Shown: piece after piece, positions 19,436-28,363 of the stretch
Position numbering within the stretch: the first letter of the stretch is position 1
How the letters are laid out: each line of letters begins with the position of its first letter
Assembly: GCA_048938005.1 (NCBI GenBank)
Contig: JBHLMQ010000003.1
Span: 1-64,000, forward strand
DNA length: 64,000 nt
Source: Promethearchaeota archaeon
GTDB lineage: Archaea; Asgardarchaeota; Lokiarchaeia; Sigyniarchaeales; SOKP01
Direction of reading: 5' to 3'
The notes under the pieces: generated by a model
The model's input: the letters and a program-made list of their open reading frames with translations, nothing else
Told to the model about the DNA's origin: nothing
Databases searched by the model: none
Made by a program: the position numbers and the translations under genes

Positions 19436-20680
19436 ATGGAAAAACTTCGAAAAATTGGATTTTCAAAGTTAACTCCTTTAGAAAAGGCTATAAAAACACT
19501 ATTTTCACAAATTCAATTGAATCCAATTGAAGAAGTTGAAATTAAAGATGCATTAAATCGTATCTTAGCTGAGGATATAATTAGTGAAATGAACATTCCT
19601 CCTTTTGATCGCTCAGCCATGGATGGATATGCTGTTAAAGCTGAAGATTCATTTGGCGCATCTCCTAAAAATCCGAAAAAGATTAGACTTGTTGGAACAA
19701 TTGAAATTGGGGAATTTTCAAGTCTTAAAATTGAAAAAAGTGAAGGAATCAAGATTTCCACAGGAGCACCATTACCAGAAGGATCAGATGCAGTTATAAA
19801 AATAGAAGACACTGAAATTGAAAACGATTTAATTAGTCTTTATACTTCTCTTGTCCCTGGAAAAAATATAGCAAGAAAAGGGGAAGATATCAAGAAAGGA
19901 ACTCATGTGCTAAATAGTGGTATAGACTTAAAGGCTGAACACATTGCTCTTTTAACGTCTTTAGGATTTCAGAAAATAAAAGTACGAATAAAGCCTAAAG
20001 TAAGTATTTTCTCTTCCGGAGATGAATTAGTTGAACCAGGAGAACCTTTAAAACCTGGTAAAATCTATAATTCGAATACTTCAATGATAGCTGCTTTAAC
20101 GAATCAATATGGGGGAGTGGTTTTAAAAGGTGAAACTGTGGAAGATGATAAAGATGCTATTAAAAAAAAATTGTTTGAAGCAGCTGAAGATTCTCAAATT
20201 ATAGTCTTTACTGGAGGTACTTCTGTTGGTACTAAAGATTATTTACCTGAGATTATTAACGAATCAGGTATGGTTTTAACACATGGTATAGCTATGAGAC
20301 CAGGAGCACCAGCCTTAATTGGTCATTTAAATAACACCTTAATCTTTTGTTTACCCGGTACTCCTGTTGCAGCATATGTATCTTTCTTAAGAATTGTAGG
20401 GCCCACGCTTCGGAAAATATTAGGATGCTCTATTATTGACCCCAGAATTGAGATAATTGCGGCCATTAATAAAGATGTTCCTGTTTCTGGTCTTGGATAT
20501 CTCCATTATTTAAGAGTGAAGGTGGAAAAAAAAAATGATAATTTTGTGGCTATTCCAGTCAAATTAAAGGGATCTGGTGTAATAAGTTCCCTTACTGAAT
20601 CCAACGGAATAGTTGAGATTCCACCACATCAAGAAGGATTAAAAAAGGGAGAAAAGGTCATTGTAAAACTCTTTCCATAA
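19436..20680 (+). CDS. moeA: Molybdopterin molybdo/tungstotransferase, paralog 2
   Basis: PPFDRSAMDGYAV, SSGDEL, TGGTSVG, MRPGAP, LPGTP. Confidence 0.9.
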   Translation: MEKLRKIGFSKLTPLEKAIKTLFSQIQLNPIEEVEIKDALNRILAEDIISEMNIPPFDRSAMDGYAVKAEDSFGASPKNPKKIRLVGTIEIGEFSSLKIEKSEGIKISTGAPLPEGSDAVIKIEDTEIENDLISLYTSLVPGKNIARKGEDIKKGTHVLNSGIDLKAEHIALLTSLGFQKIKVRIKPKVSIFSSGDELVEPGEPLKPGKIYNSNTSMIAALTNQYGGVVLKGETVEDDKDAIKKKLFEAAEDSQIIVFTGGTSVGTKDYLPEIINESGMVLTHGIAMRPGAPALIGHLNNTLIFCLPGTPVAAYVSFLRIVGPTLRKILGCSIIDPRIEIIAAINKDVPVSGLGYLHYLRVKVEKKNDNFVAIPVKLKGSGVISSLTESNGIVEIPPHQEGLKKGEKVIVKLFP

Positions 20681-20797
20681 AAAATTTTGTTTCAATACTT
20701 ATTATTATTGTTAAAAAGTTAAGATATATTTAAATATGCCTCAATAATTGAAGGTATTAGTATTTAAAGCTACAATTTTAAAGAAAAATCTCACTTA

Positions 20798-20811
20798 TTA
20801 GGTATAACTAA
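20798..20811. promoter_or_regulatory. Possible DtxR/MntR-type metal-regulator site upstream of FTR1
   Basis: TTAGGTATAACTAA near-palindrome (TTAG-N6-CTAA) before an iron permease; short and in AT-rich context. Confidence 0.35.
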
Positions 20812-20901
20812 AAGAAATATTTTTTTTCTAAAACATAATTAAAAAGACTAAATTTGATAATTTGCTTTACTCTTATAGATAAGCTATTTAAAGTGTTAAC
20901 A

Positions 20902-21819
20902 ATGGCAACATTTATTGATTTAATAACACCAATCTTTTTAGCATTTAGAGAAGGTTTAGAAGCAACCTTAGTGGTTGTTATAATTCTGGTATACCTAAAA
21001 AAGACAAACCAAAGAAAATATAATAGATATGTATATATTGGCGCAATTTTAGCAATACTTTCTAGCATATTTTTTGCATTAATTTTCTCTATAACACTGG
21101 GAGGTTTTACCGGTATTTTAGAAGAACTGTTTGAAGGAATTACCTTTATAATCTCTGGGATTTTTATCGTAACTTTAGTGCTATGGGTAAGCAAAGAAGG
21201 TCCAAAAATGAGGGCTCATCTGGAAAAAAAGGTAGAACAATCAATTGAAACACAGAAGAGTTTTTCTATTTCAATTTTAACATTTGTAATTATTATCCGT
21301 GAGGGAATAGAATTAGTTCTTTTATTAACAGGCACATCATCAATAGGCTCAATTACTCAAGCATCTAGTATATTAGGGGCTACATTAGGCTTAGGATTAG
21401 CATTTCTTATCGGAATCTTAACTTTTTATGGAATTAAAACGATTGACTTAACAAAATTTTTTAAGATTACAAATGTAATGCTAATCTTATTCACAGCTGG
21501 ACTAATTACTTATGGAATTCATGAATTAATTGAAGCAGGTGTCGTTAATCCTATAATAAGTGAAGTGTGGAATATCAAACATATACTTCCTGAAAGTTTT
21601 CCTGATGGAAATCCAGCTACACCAGAATGGCTTGAAATTATTGGATCATTGTTAAAAGCTTTATTTGGCTATAATGCGAATCCATCCTTATTAGAAGTTA
21701 TAATATATCCAAGTCTTCTGATTTCTATTGGTTTGATTTCATTGAAATTATGGAAGCGGACTAATAATATTGTTTTAATGAAAATGGATAAAAAAAAACT
21801 AGAAATTCCATTAGATTAA
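20902..21819 (+). CDS. FTR1-family iron permease
   Basis: Two REGxE motifs (REGLE, REGIE), about 7 TM; ATG at 20902 preferred over TTG at 20854. Confidence 0.9.
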   Translation: MATFIDLITPIFLAFREGLEATLVVVIILVYLKKTNQRKYNRYVYIGAILAILSSIFFALIFSITLGGFTGILEELFEGITFIISGIFIVTLVLWVSKEGPKMRAHLEKKVEQSIETQKSFSISILTFVIIIREGIELVLLLTGTSSIGSITQASSILGATLGLGLAFLIGILTFYGIKTIDLTKFFKITNVMLILFTAGLITYGIHELIEAGVVNPIISEVWNIKHILPESFPDGNPATPEWLEIIGSLLKALFGYNANPSLLEVIIYPSLLISIGLISLKLWKRTNNIVLMKMDKKKLEIPLD

Positions 21820-21939
21820 ATTTCTTTTTTATACATTATAGCAGCATTAATTCTTTCATCAATTTAAATTAAATCATATAAATTGGATATTTAGTTTTCT
21901 AATGTAAAATTATTTTAGAAATGGTTAATTCTTGCAAAT

Positions 21940-22812
21940 ATGGTTGACATAACCAGAGCAGTTAAAGAAATACAAGAGAAATATAAAGTAATTGGCAGAA
22001 CCGAAGAATTAAGACAAATTGTTTTAGCACGTTCAGTAGGAAAGAATATATTAATCGAAGGTGAAGTTGGCGTCGGAAAAACGACTTTAGCTAGAGCTAT
22101 AGCTTCTTTTTTTGATGCTGATTTCTATCGTGTTGATTGTAGCGAGGAGTTATTACCTCATAATCTTGTTGGTTACTTTGATCCTCCTCTCGTAATTTCA
22201 CAAGGTTATACAGAAGATTCCTATAAATATGGGCCATTAGCTTTAGCTATGCTGAATGGTGGATGTCTATTCATCAATGAAATAAATAGGATGCCAGAAA
22301 GTACTCAAAACTCATTATTAACATCATTAGATGAGGGGATACTTGAAATACCTAAATTAAAAACAATAAAAGCTCATAAAGATTTTTTTGTTGTGGCTAC
22401 TCAAAATCCTAAAGCCCATGTTGGAGTTACTGTTTTAGGAGAAGCTTTAATAGATAGATTCATATGGATTTTTCTTAATTATCAAAGTCCTGAAGAAGAA
22501 ATTTCAATTATTAAGCAAGAAGCAAATTTAAATGGCGGAATTGGTGATAAGATAGCAAAAATTTCACAAAATATCATTCAAGTTACTAGAGAAAGTACTT
22601 CTATCCGAAGAGGAAGTTCAATAAGAGGAGCTATAGATTTAGCTACGTTAATCAATCAATACGATAACAACAGTAGTACTAAAAACTGGGTTGAAGCCGC
22701 TGTAATGGCATTATATAACAAAATTGAACTTGAGGATGGATTAACTCAATCTAAAAAAGAAATAATCACTAACATCGTATTAGCTGTATTAAATAAATCG
22801 GATTTTCAATAG
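21940..22812 (+). CDS. MoxR-family AAA+ ATPase
   Basis: GEVGVGKT, INEINR, ATQNP, EALIDRF, SIRG; ends SDFQ*. Confidence 0.9.
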   Translation: MVDITRAVKEIQEKYKVIGRTEELRQIVLARSVGKNILIEGEVGVGKTTLARAIASFFDADFYRVDCSEELLPHNLVGYFDPPLVISQGYTEDSYKYGPLALAMLNGGCLFINEINRMPESTQNSLLTSLDEGILEIPKLKTIKAHKDFFVVATQNPKAHVGVTVLGEALIDRFIWIFLNYQSPEEEISIIKQEANLNGGIGDKIAKISQNIIQVTRESTSIRRGSSIRGAIDLATLINQYDNNSSTKNWVEAAVMALYNKIELEDGLTQSKKEIITNIVLAVLNKSDFQ

Positions 22813-23921
22813 TCGATGATTTCTCTGAGGAAGAATCCGAAGAGATTGAGAAAAGGCTGCATGTTAGACTTACTGAAAGTCGCCCAGATAAAGAAATATT
22901 AGAGTATGAAATTATCAGAAAAAAGAGGAAAAAACCAGATTATTATAAACATTTAGCTAATACCCTCGATTATAAACAAATTAAAGAACTTACGTATTTG
23001 GCGATCCAATATAAAAACCTTGAAGCTCTAATGGGATTGCTGAAAGCAAATGTATATGCTGCTACAGATGCTTTAGATACTGAAGAAGGAGTAAAGTTTT
23101 TCTCAGAAAAAGCCAAAGAATCTGGCGAATTTATGCCAGAAATCTATTTCTTTATAAGACGTCCTATTTCTGAAAAATATAAATCAATTTTTAGGCGTTT
23201 AGCACGCCAAAGTATTTTAAAATTATCTTTAAAAATAACAAGCAGGGGTATTAGAGGCCAATTCAAAAAAACTGTTCCCTATTATCAAATGGGTATGCCT
23301 GAATTTAGTATGGATGAGACAATCCAACATAATCCTCTAAAAATTTATAATAAAAGTTTAAGTTACAAAGATATTTTTGGAATTGAAAGAAAGCGGCAGA
23401 AAAGAAAAGTGGTTTTAATATTAGATACTAGTGGAAGTATGTATGGACGTTTACTACTGAATGCTGCTCTTACAACATCAGTTTTAGCTTATAATATGGA
23501 AAAAGAAGATTTTGCTATTGTATTATTTAATTCGACTGCAATGGTTATGAAAAAAATAGATCAGAAAAAGCCAATTATATCTATTATCGATGATATTCTA
23601 GATTCTGAAGCTGTGGGATTTACAAATATATTTATTGGATTAGAAAAAGGATTAAAAGAATTAAATAAGACTAAAGAAAACAGAAAAAGTCGGTTTGGGA
23701 TTCTTATCTCAGATGGCAATTACAATAGAGGTGAAGATCCGGTTGTTTTAGCAAAAAAATATCCAAAATTGCATGTTATAGGAATGCCTGCCGAAAATGA
23801 TGCAGATCAAGGCATTCATACTTGTCGAGAAATTGCAAAAGTAGGTGGAGGGAAATTCTATGCTGTAAATGATTATAAAGAAATACCAAGAGCCCTAATA
23901 GAATTATTATCACAAACTTAA
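22797..23921 (+). CDS. vWA-domain protein; frame open from 22797 with no ATG/GTG/TTG until 22998
   Basis: DTSGSM MIDAS, GFTNI, ISDG; 67 open codons upstream of the TTG overlap the MoxR 3' end in the -1 frame. Confidence 0.85.
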   Translation: MGFSIVDDFSEEESEEIEKRLHVRLTESRPDKEILEYEIIRKKRKKPDYYKHLANTLDYKQIKELTYLAIQYKNLEALMGLLKANVYAATDALDTEEGVKFFSEKAKESGEFMPEIYFFIRRPISEKYKSIFRRLARQSILKLSLKITSRGIRGQFKKTVPYYQMGMPEFSMDETIQHNPLKIYNKSLSYKDIFGIERKRQKRKVVLILDTSGSMYGRLLLNAALTTSVLAYNMEKEDFAIVLFNSTAMVMKKIDQKKPIISIIDDILDSEAVGFTNIFIGLEKGLKELNKTKENRKSRFGILISDGNYNRGEDPVVLAKKYPKLHVIGMPAENDADQGIHTCREIAKVGGGKFYAVNDYKEIPRALIELLSQT

Positions 23922-24051
23922 TTTTAAAATTTTATATCGATTTTAAAATTTATAAAAAAAGAATTTATTTTTATTGATCAAATACAATTATAAAATCAAT
24001 ACAGATAAAAGAATAAAAATATTTTAAATATCTAATAAGGGTGGGTATCTT

Positions 24052-24633
24052 ATATCTGAAGAAGAGATCAAGACAAGATATATATTCAAAATTTGCCTTA
24101 TTGGCAGCGGGGGTGTAGGGAAAACATGTATTGCTCGAAGATTATGCTTAAATACTTTTGATGCAAATACTCAATTGACTGTTGGAATAGATTTTTATAC
24201 TTATGACATCCCTATCATAGCTAAAGGAGAAGAGGCATCTGTTAGACTCTCAATATGGGATTTTGGAGGGCAAGAGCAATTTAAGACTTTATTCAAATAT
24301 TATATTGGTGGGGCGAATGGAATTTTCTTAGTTTTTGATTTATTAAATATGGAATCGTTAATAAAATTAGATTTTTGGTATAGTAAATTAATAGAATTCG
24401 GACTTGAAGATCATCCAAAAATTCTTGTTGGAACTAAACTTGACTTAGTAAAATTGGAGGATAAACAATATAGAGTTGATAAGCTAATTATTCAGCAGTT
24501 CCTTCAAAAGCATAATGAAAAAGATTATGTGAAAACATCATCTAAAGACAATACTAATATCCTCCATAGTTTTAAAGAGATGGTGAAAAAAATAATGGAT
24601 TATCACGAACTTGAGTATAACGCAATACTGTGA
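24052..24633 (+). CDS. Rab/Roc-like small GTPase (probable ATA start)
   Basis: In-frame FKICLIGSGGVGKT lies upstream of the ORF-track start 24175; WDFGGQ, GTKLD, TSSK; AGGGTGGG SD-like motif 6 nt before ATA 24052. Confidence 0.85.
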   Translation: MSEEEIKTRYIFKICLIGSGGVGKTCIARRLCLNTFDANTQLTVGIDFYTYDIPIIAKGEEASVRLSIWDFGGQEQFKTLFKYYIGGANGIFLVFDLLNMESLIKLDFWYSKLIEFGLEDHPKILVGTKLDLVKLEDKQYRVDKLIIQQFLQKHNEKDYVKTSSKDNTNILHSFKEMVKKIMDYHELEYNAIL

Positions 24634-24667
24634 TTCCAACTTTTTAAACTCCCATTTGAAAACAAAT

Positions 24668-25213
24668 CTATTCAATGATCAGGTATTCTTCTGGGACTTT
24701 TTGACTATAACCTGCTTTTTTAAATTTTTGACCATTTTCAACATAAAGATTAGAACTCACTTCATTTAATTTTTTACTTAGATTTTCTTTCTTTTTAGTT
24801 GCTGGAACTCCGGCATAGAGGCAAAAATCTTCTGCTTCATCTCGTAATACGGAACCTGCGGCCAAAGTGCAGCCAATTCCAAGTTTAGCGCCTTGTAGAA
24901 TAGTGGCATGTATTCCAACTAATGAATAATCCCCTACAGTACAAGGTCCATGACACATTGACAAATGACCTAACCTTACATCTTTTCCGATTTTACAAAC
25001 ATCTTTGGGCCAGGAATGTAGCACGACATTCTCTTGAATACTCGTATTTTCCCCCACTACAATTTTCCCCCAATCTCCACGAATTTTCGCGCCATGCCAT
25101 ATATTTGTATAAGCACCTATTTCCACCTCTCCAATTATTACAACATCTGGAGCGATAAAAGAAGTAGGATGAATTCTGGGAGTGGTTCCATTAAAGGGAC
25201 TTTTAATTATCAC
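24668..25213 (-). CDS. Gamma-carbonic anhydrase-like hexapeptide-repeat protein
   Basis: IRGD, SIQENVVLH, GHLSMCHG, YAGVPA. Confidence 0.9.
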   Translation of the reverse strand: MIIKSPFNGTTPRIHPTSFIAPDVVIIGEVEIGAYTNIWHGAKIRGDWGKIVVGENTSIQENVVLHSWPKDVCKIGKDVRLGHLSMCHGPCTVGDYSLVGIHATILQGAKLGIGCTLAAGSVLRDEAEDFCLYAGVPATKKKENLSKKLNEVSSNLYVENGQKFKKAGYSQKVPEEYLIIE

Positions 25214-25343
25214 TATTTTATCTCATTTCGTTTTTTATGTTACTTTTTTAATATAAATATTAAAAATTTAAACTCTTTATCCTTTTTTATAATAGAAGAA
25301 ATTAATTTTTATTTTGGAATATTAATTTTAAAGAGCGAATAGA

Positions 25344-26675
25344 TTGGTTAGACCTCCAACAGAAAAGAATATTTGTCTACGTTGCAAAGGCGCTAGGCTA
25401 TTATGTGGAAAGAAAACATGCCCAATATTATTAAAAAAATCAGTCTTAAAATCTATGGTTCCTTATGAAATTGACAAAACACAGAGAAACGTGGAAATTT
25501 TTGGTGCGAGCCCTCCTGGATTTTTTGTGGGGCACTTTAGTTATCCAAACGTATACCTAGGACCTTTAATACCTTATCAAGAATTTGAAGTAGGACTTGA
25601 TATATCCGATTACCATATTCTTGATGCTCCAGAGTTATGGTTTGGGAAAAGAATGGAAGATGTGATACGTTATAGAAGTAGTTTAGTTAGGAGTAACTTC
25701 AAAACAAATGTGTTTATTGGTCGGAAAAGCCGAAAGCACACACTTCCAATAAAAACCAAAAAACTCTTAGAAACATCTCAGGAGTTATCTATGGCAGCAA
25801 GACCTGTTGATACAGAAACAAAATTAGAAAAAATGAGCTTACGCATGATGATGGATAACCATGCATTACCTATGGGACCCTCTGGAATGACTGAGAAAAT
25901 TACTATAACCGAAAATACAAAAGTACATCCTCAAGTTGATTATTGTGTTTCTGATACAGATTTAAAAGCAACTGAAGCAGTATCAGAGCATCTTTATTTC
26001 AAAGGCCACGTGCCTGAATCTACTATTAAAAGAGTTTTTTCGGCAGGATTATTAGGTGAAGAGAAAAGACGTAGAATTGTACCAACTCGTTGGACAATAA
26101 CAGCTGTGGATGATATAATTTCGAAAGCCTTAATTAAAGAAATTAAGAAATTTCCAGAAATAGATGATTATCGTATTTTTGAGGCTACTTATCTTGATAA
26201 CCATTTTAAGATTCTCTTGTTCCCAGGTAAGTTCATTTATGAAATGAATGAAGTGTGGGCTCCAAATACGCTATGGAATATATCTCTTAATGGAAATACC
26301 CGCAATCTAAAACCTCAGATTATGACTGATTTTGAATTTTATCGTGGAAGGAAATCTTATGCGAGTAATATCACGGGTGCTTATTATGCAGCTAGAAAAT
26401 CTGTATGTGAATATCTTTATAAAATCAAAAGACAAGCAAGAGTTCTAATATTCAGAGAAGTTTCTGGTGGATATGTCGTACCTCTAGGAGTGTGGGTAAT
26501 AAGAGAAACGGTCAATAATGCTATGTGGACTAGCCAACCAACCATTCTAGACAATTTTAAGGATGCAGTGAAAACCATGGCAGAACACTTCATGGTTGAT
26601 TATAAATATTGGAAGCAGAGTAGTAAATTAATAAATTTCATTAAAACTCAAAAGACATTAGACACTTTTTTATAG
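25344..26675 (+). CDS. nreA: Archaeal DNA repair protein Nre
   Basis: CLRCKG..LCGKKTCP, VPTRWTITAVD, GAYYAAR, PLGVWVIRE, C-terminal PIP box QKTLDTFL. Confidence 0.9.
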   Translation: MVRPPTEKNICLRCKGARLLCGKKTCPILLKKSVLKSMVPYEIDKTQRNVEIFGASPPGFFVGHFSYPNVYLGPLIPYQEFEVGLDISDYHILDAPELWFGKRMEDVIRYRSSLVRSNFKTNVFIGRKSRKHTLPIKTKKLLETSQELSMAARPVDTETKLEKMSLRMMMDNHALPMGPSGMTEKITITENTKVHPQVDYCVSDTDLKATEAVSEHLYFKGHVPESTIKRVFSAGLLGEEKRRRIVPTRWTITAVDDIISKALIKEIKKFPEIDDYRIFEATYLDNHFKILLFPGKFIYEMNEVWAPNTLWNISLNGNTRNLKPQIMTDFEFYRGRKSYASNITGAYYAARKSVCEYLYKIKRQARVLIFREVSGGYVVPLGVWVIRETVNNAMWTSQPTILDNFKDAVKTMAEHFMVDYKYWKQSSKLINFIKTQKTLDTFL

Positions 26676-26750
26676 TTAGAGTATCAAGTTTAAAAAATTC
26701 TTTTTAGATTAATTAAAGCCTTAAGAAATTAATGAATAGATTGTAATAGA

Positions 26751-26987
26751 ATGAATTGGAACACTTGAATAACTAAATTAACACGAACTAGATATCCTCT
26801 CATCGTGGCTGCATTTGTGAGATTAGGAATAATTGAATTTGTAGCAGCTTTTTCTAATGCTGGCGATCTTGGAATCATAACTGCCTTGAATTATGAACTG
26901 AGTAATTTTAAGAAAAGATTACAAAAAATGCAAGAACTAACTGATAAACCTTTCGGAGTGATTTTAATTAGTATAGAATTTTACTAA
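26751..26987 (+). pseudogene. Nitronate monooxygenase/FabK-family N-terminal remnant
   Basis: MNWNT*ITKL...YPLI...AAFSNAGDLGII...LTDKPFGV; in-frame TGA at 26766 and truncation after about 78 codons. Confidence 0.75.
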
Positions 26988-27002
26988 AATATAACATCTT
27001 TA

Positions 27003-28229
27003 ATGAAAGTAAGTGAACAAATTGTGGAAAATAAATCGATAGTATATTGGGCGTCTCCAACCGAAGCGCCCACAATGTTGATAAATAATGTGGAAACTAT
27101 GGTAACGAATAATTTAGTAAAGACTCGAATTATTTTAGATAAAATTTTGGATCATATCCATCCTGATGATAAAGTAGGAGTAAAAGTTCATGTTGGAGAA
27201 TCATATAATACAAGATATTTACGTCATGATTATGTGCGAGAAGTTGTAAAAGCTATAAAATTTAAGGGTGGTATTCCCATACTTATAGAAACTAATGGAA
27301 TTGGAGAGAATATTCAACATTTAAAGATTAATGAAAATTATTCGATAGATCTTGGACATCGAAAAAAGACAACAGATCATCAGAAGATTGCTCATCTTCA
27401 CGGATATACCGAATCTATTACTGGAGCTCCCCTACAATTTATCGATGGGGATGATGGTATCGAAAGAAAAGTTATCAAAGTAGATGGGATTCATTTTAAT
27501 CAAGTTTCTGTTGCCGCAGGACTTTTTAAGTTTGATAAACTTGTTATAATTTCTCATTTTAAAGGACATCATCAAGCAGGCTTCGGTGGGGCTTTAAAAA
27601 ATCTAGGAATTGGCTGTGTTAGCAAACATAATAAATTTTTAGCTCATTTTGAAAGTACTTTTAATATAAATTCTAAGAGATGCGATATTTCGAAATGTGA
27701 GCAAGAATGTATAAAATCTTGTCCTGTGAATTCAATCAAAATTGAAAGTGAAACGGCTGTAATTGATGCTTCAACCTGCTATGGCTGTTTTAAATGCGCT
27801 TTTAAATGTCCCATAAAAAATGTAATAAAAAGTCCTAGACTGAGACCCCTTAAAGATTTTGTCGAATGCTTTATAGATAATGCTACTGCTGTGTTGAGTT
27901 TTGGACATGACAAAGTTCGATATATAAATTTTGCTTTAGATATTCCTTTAAGATGTGAGTGCACCTCTAATTCGAGTATGCCAGTTGTTCCTGATTTGGG
28001 TATATTTGGTTCCTCTGATCCTCTTGCAATCGATAAAGCGTGTGTTGATGCGGAGATTAAAGCTCCAGGACTTCCATTTCTTGATAAGGATAAACAATGG
28101 ACAAAACCGATTGAACCAGGTATTGAGAAGTTTAAAGCATTAAATGCTTTAATAGATATAAAATGGCAGATTGAAGCTGCTATTAGAAATAAACTTGGAT
28201 CTATCGATTATGAATTGGTAGAAATCTAA
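27003..28229 (+). CDS. DUF362 protein with inserted 4Fe-4S ferredoxin domain (copy 1)
   Basis: KVHVGE, SHFKGH, GFGGALKNLGIGC, CYGCFKC..KCP, CEC, SSDPLAIDKAC. Confidence 0.85.
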   Translation: MKVSEQIVENKSIVYWASPTEAPTMLINNVETMVTNNLVKTRIILDKILDHIHPDDKVGVKVHVGESYNTRYLRHDYVREVVKAIKFKGGIPILIETNGIGENIQHLKINENYSIDLGHRKKTTDHQKIAHLHGYTESITGAPLQFIDGDDGIERKVIKVDGIHFNQVSVAAGLFKFDKLVIISHFKGHHQAGFGGALKNLGIGCVSKHNKFLAHFESTFNINSKRCDISKCEQECIKSCPVNSIKIESETAVIDASTCYGCFKCAFKCPIKNVIKSPRLRPLKDFVECFIDNATAVLSFGHDKVRYINFALDIPLRCECTSNSSMPVVPDLGIFGSSDPLAIDKACVDAEIKAPGLPFLDKDKQWTKPIEPGIEKFKALNALIDIKWQIEAAIRNKLGSIDYELVEI

Positions 28230-28363
28230 AAAGCTTAATTTTTTTTTAATATAGAATATACAATTATTTTCCTACACTTTTTACCATGCTGTAAAATCAA
28301 TTCGTTTTTAACGTATTCAATATTAGTTTGAATAATATTTTCACAGATAAAGTGATTAACAAA

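Noticed and set aside
22810-22902. TAG read-through (pyrrolysine) of MoxR, or a separate ORF from ATG 22816
   Set aside because: That frame closes again at TAG 22900 and does not reach the vWA domain, which is in the -1 frame
26766-26768. In-frame TGA as selenocysteine
   Set aside because: Position corresponds to a non-catalytic Arg/Lys-type site near the N-terminus and the gene is truncated anyway; nonsense mutation is simpler
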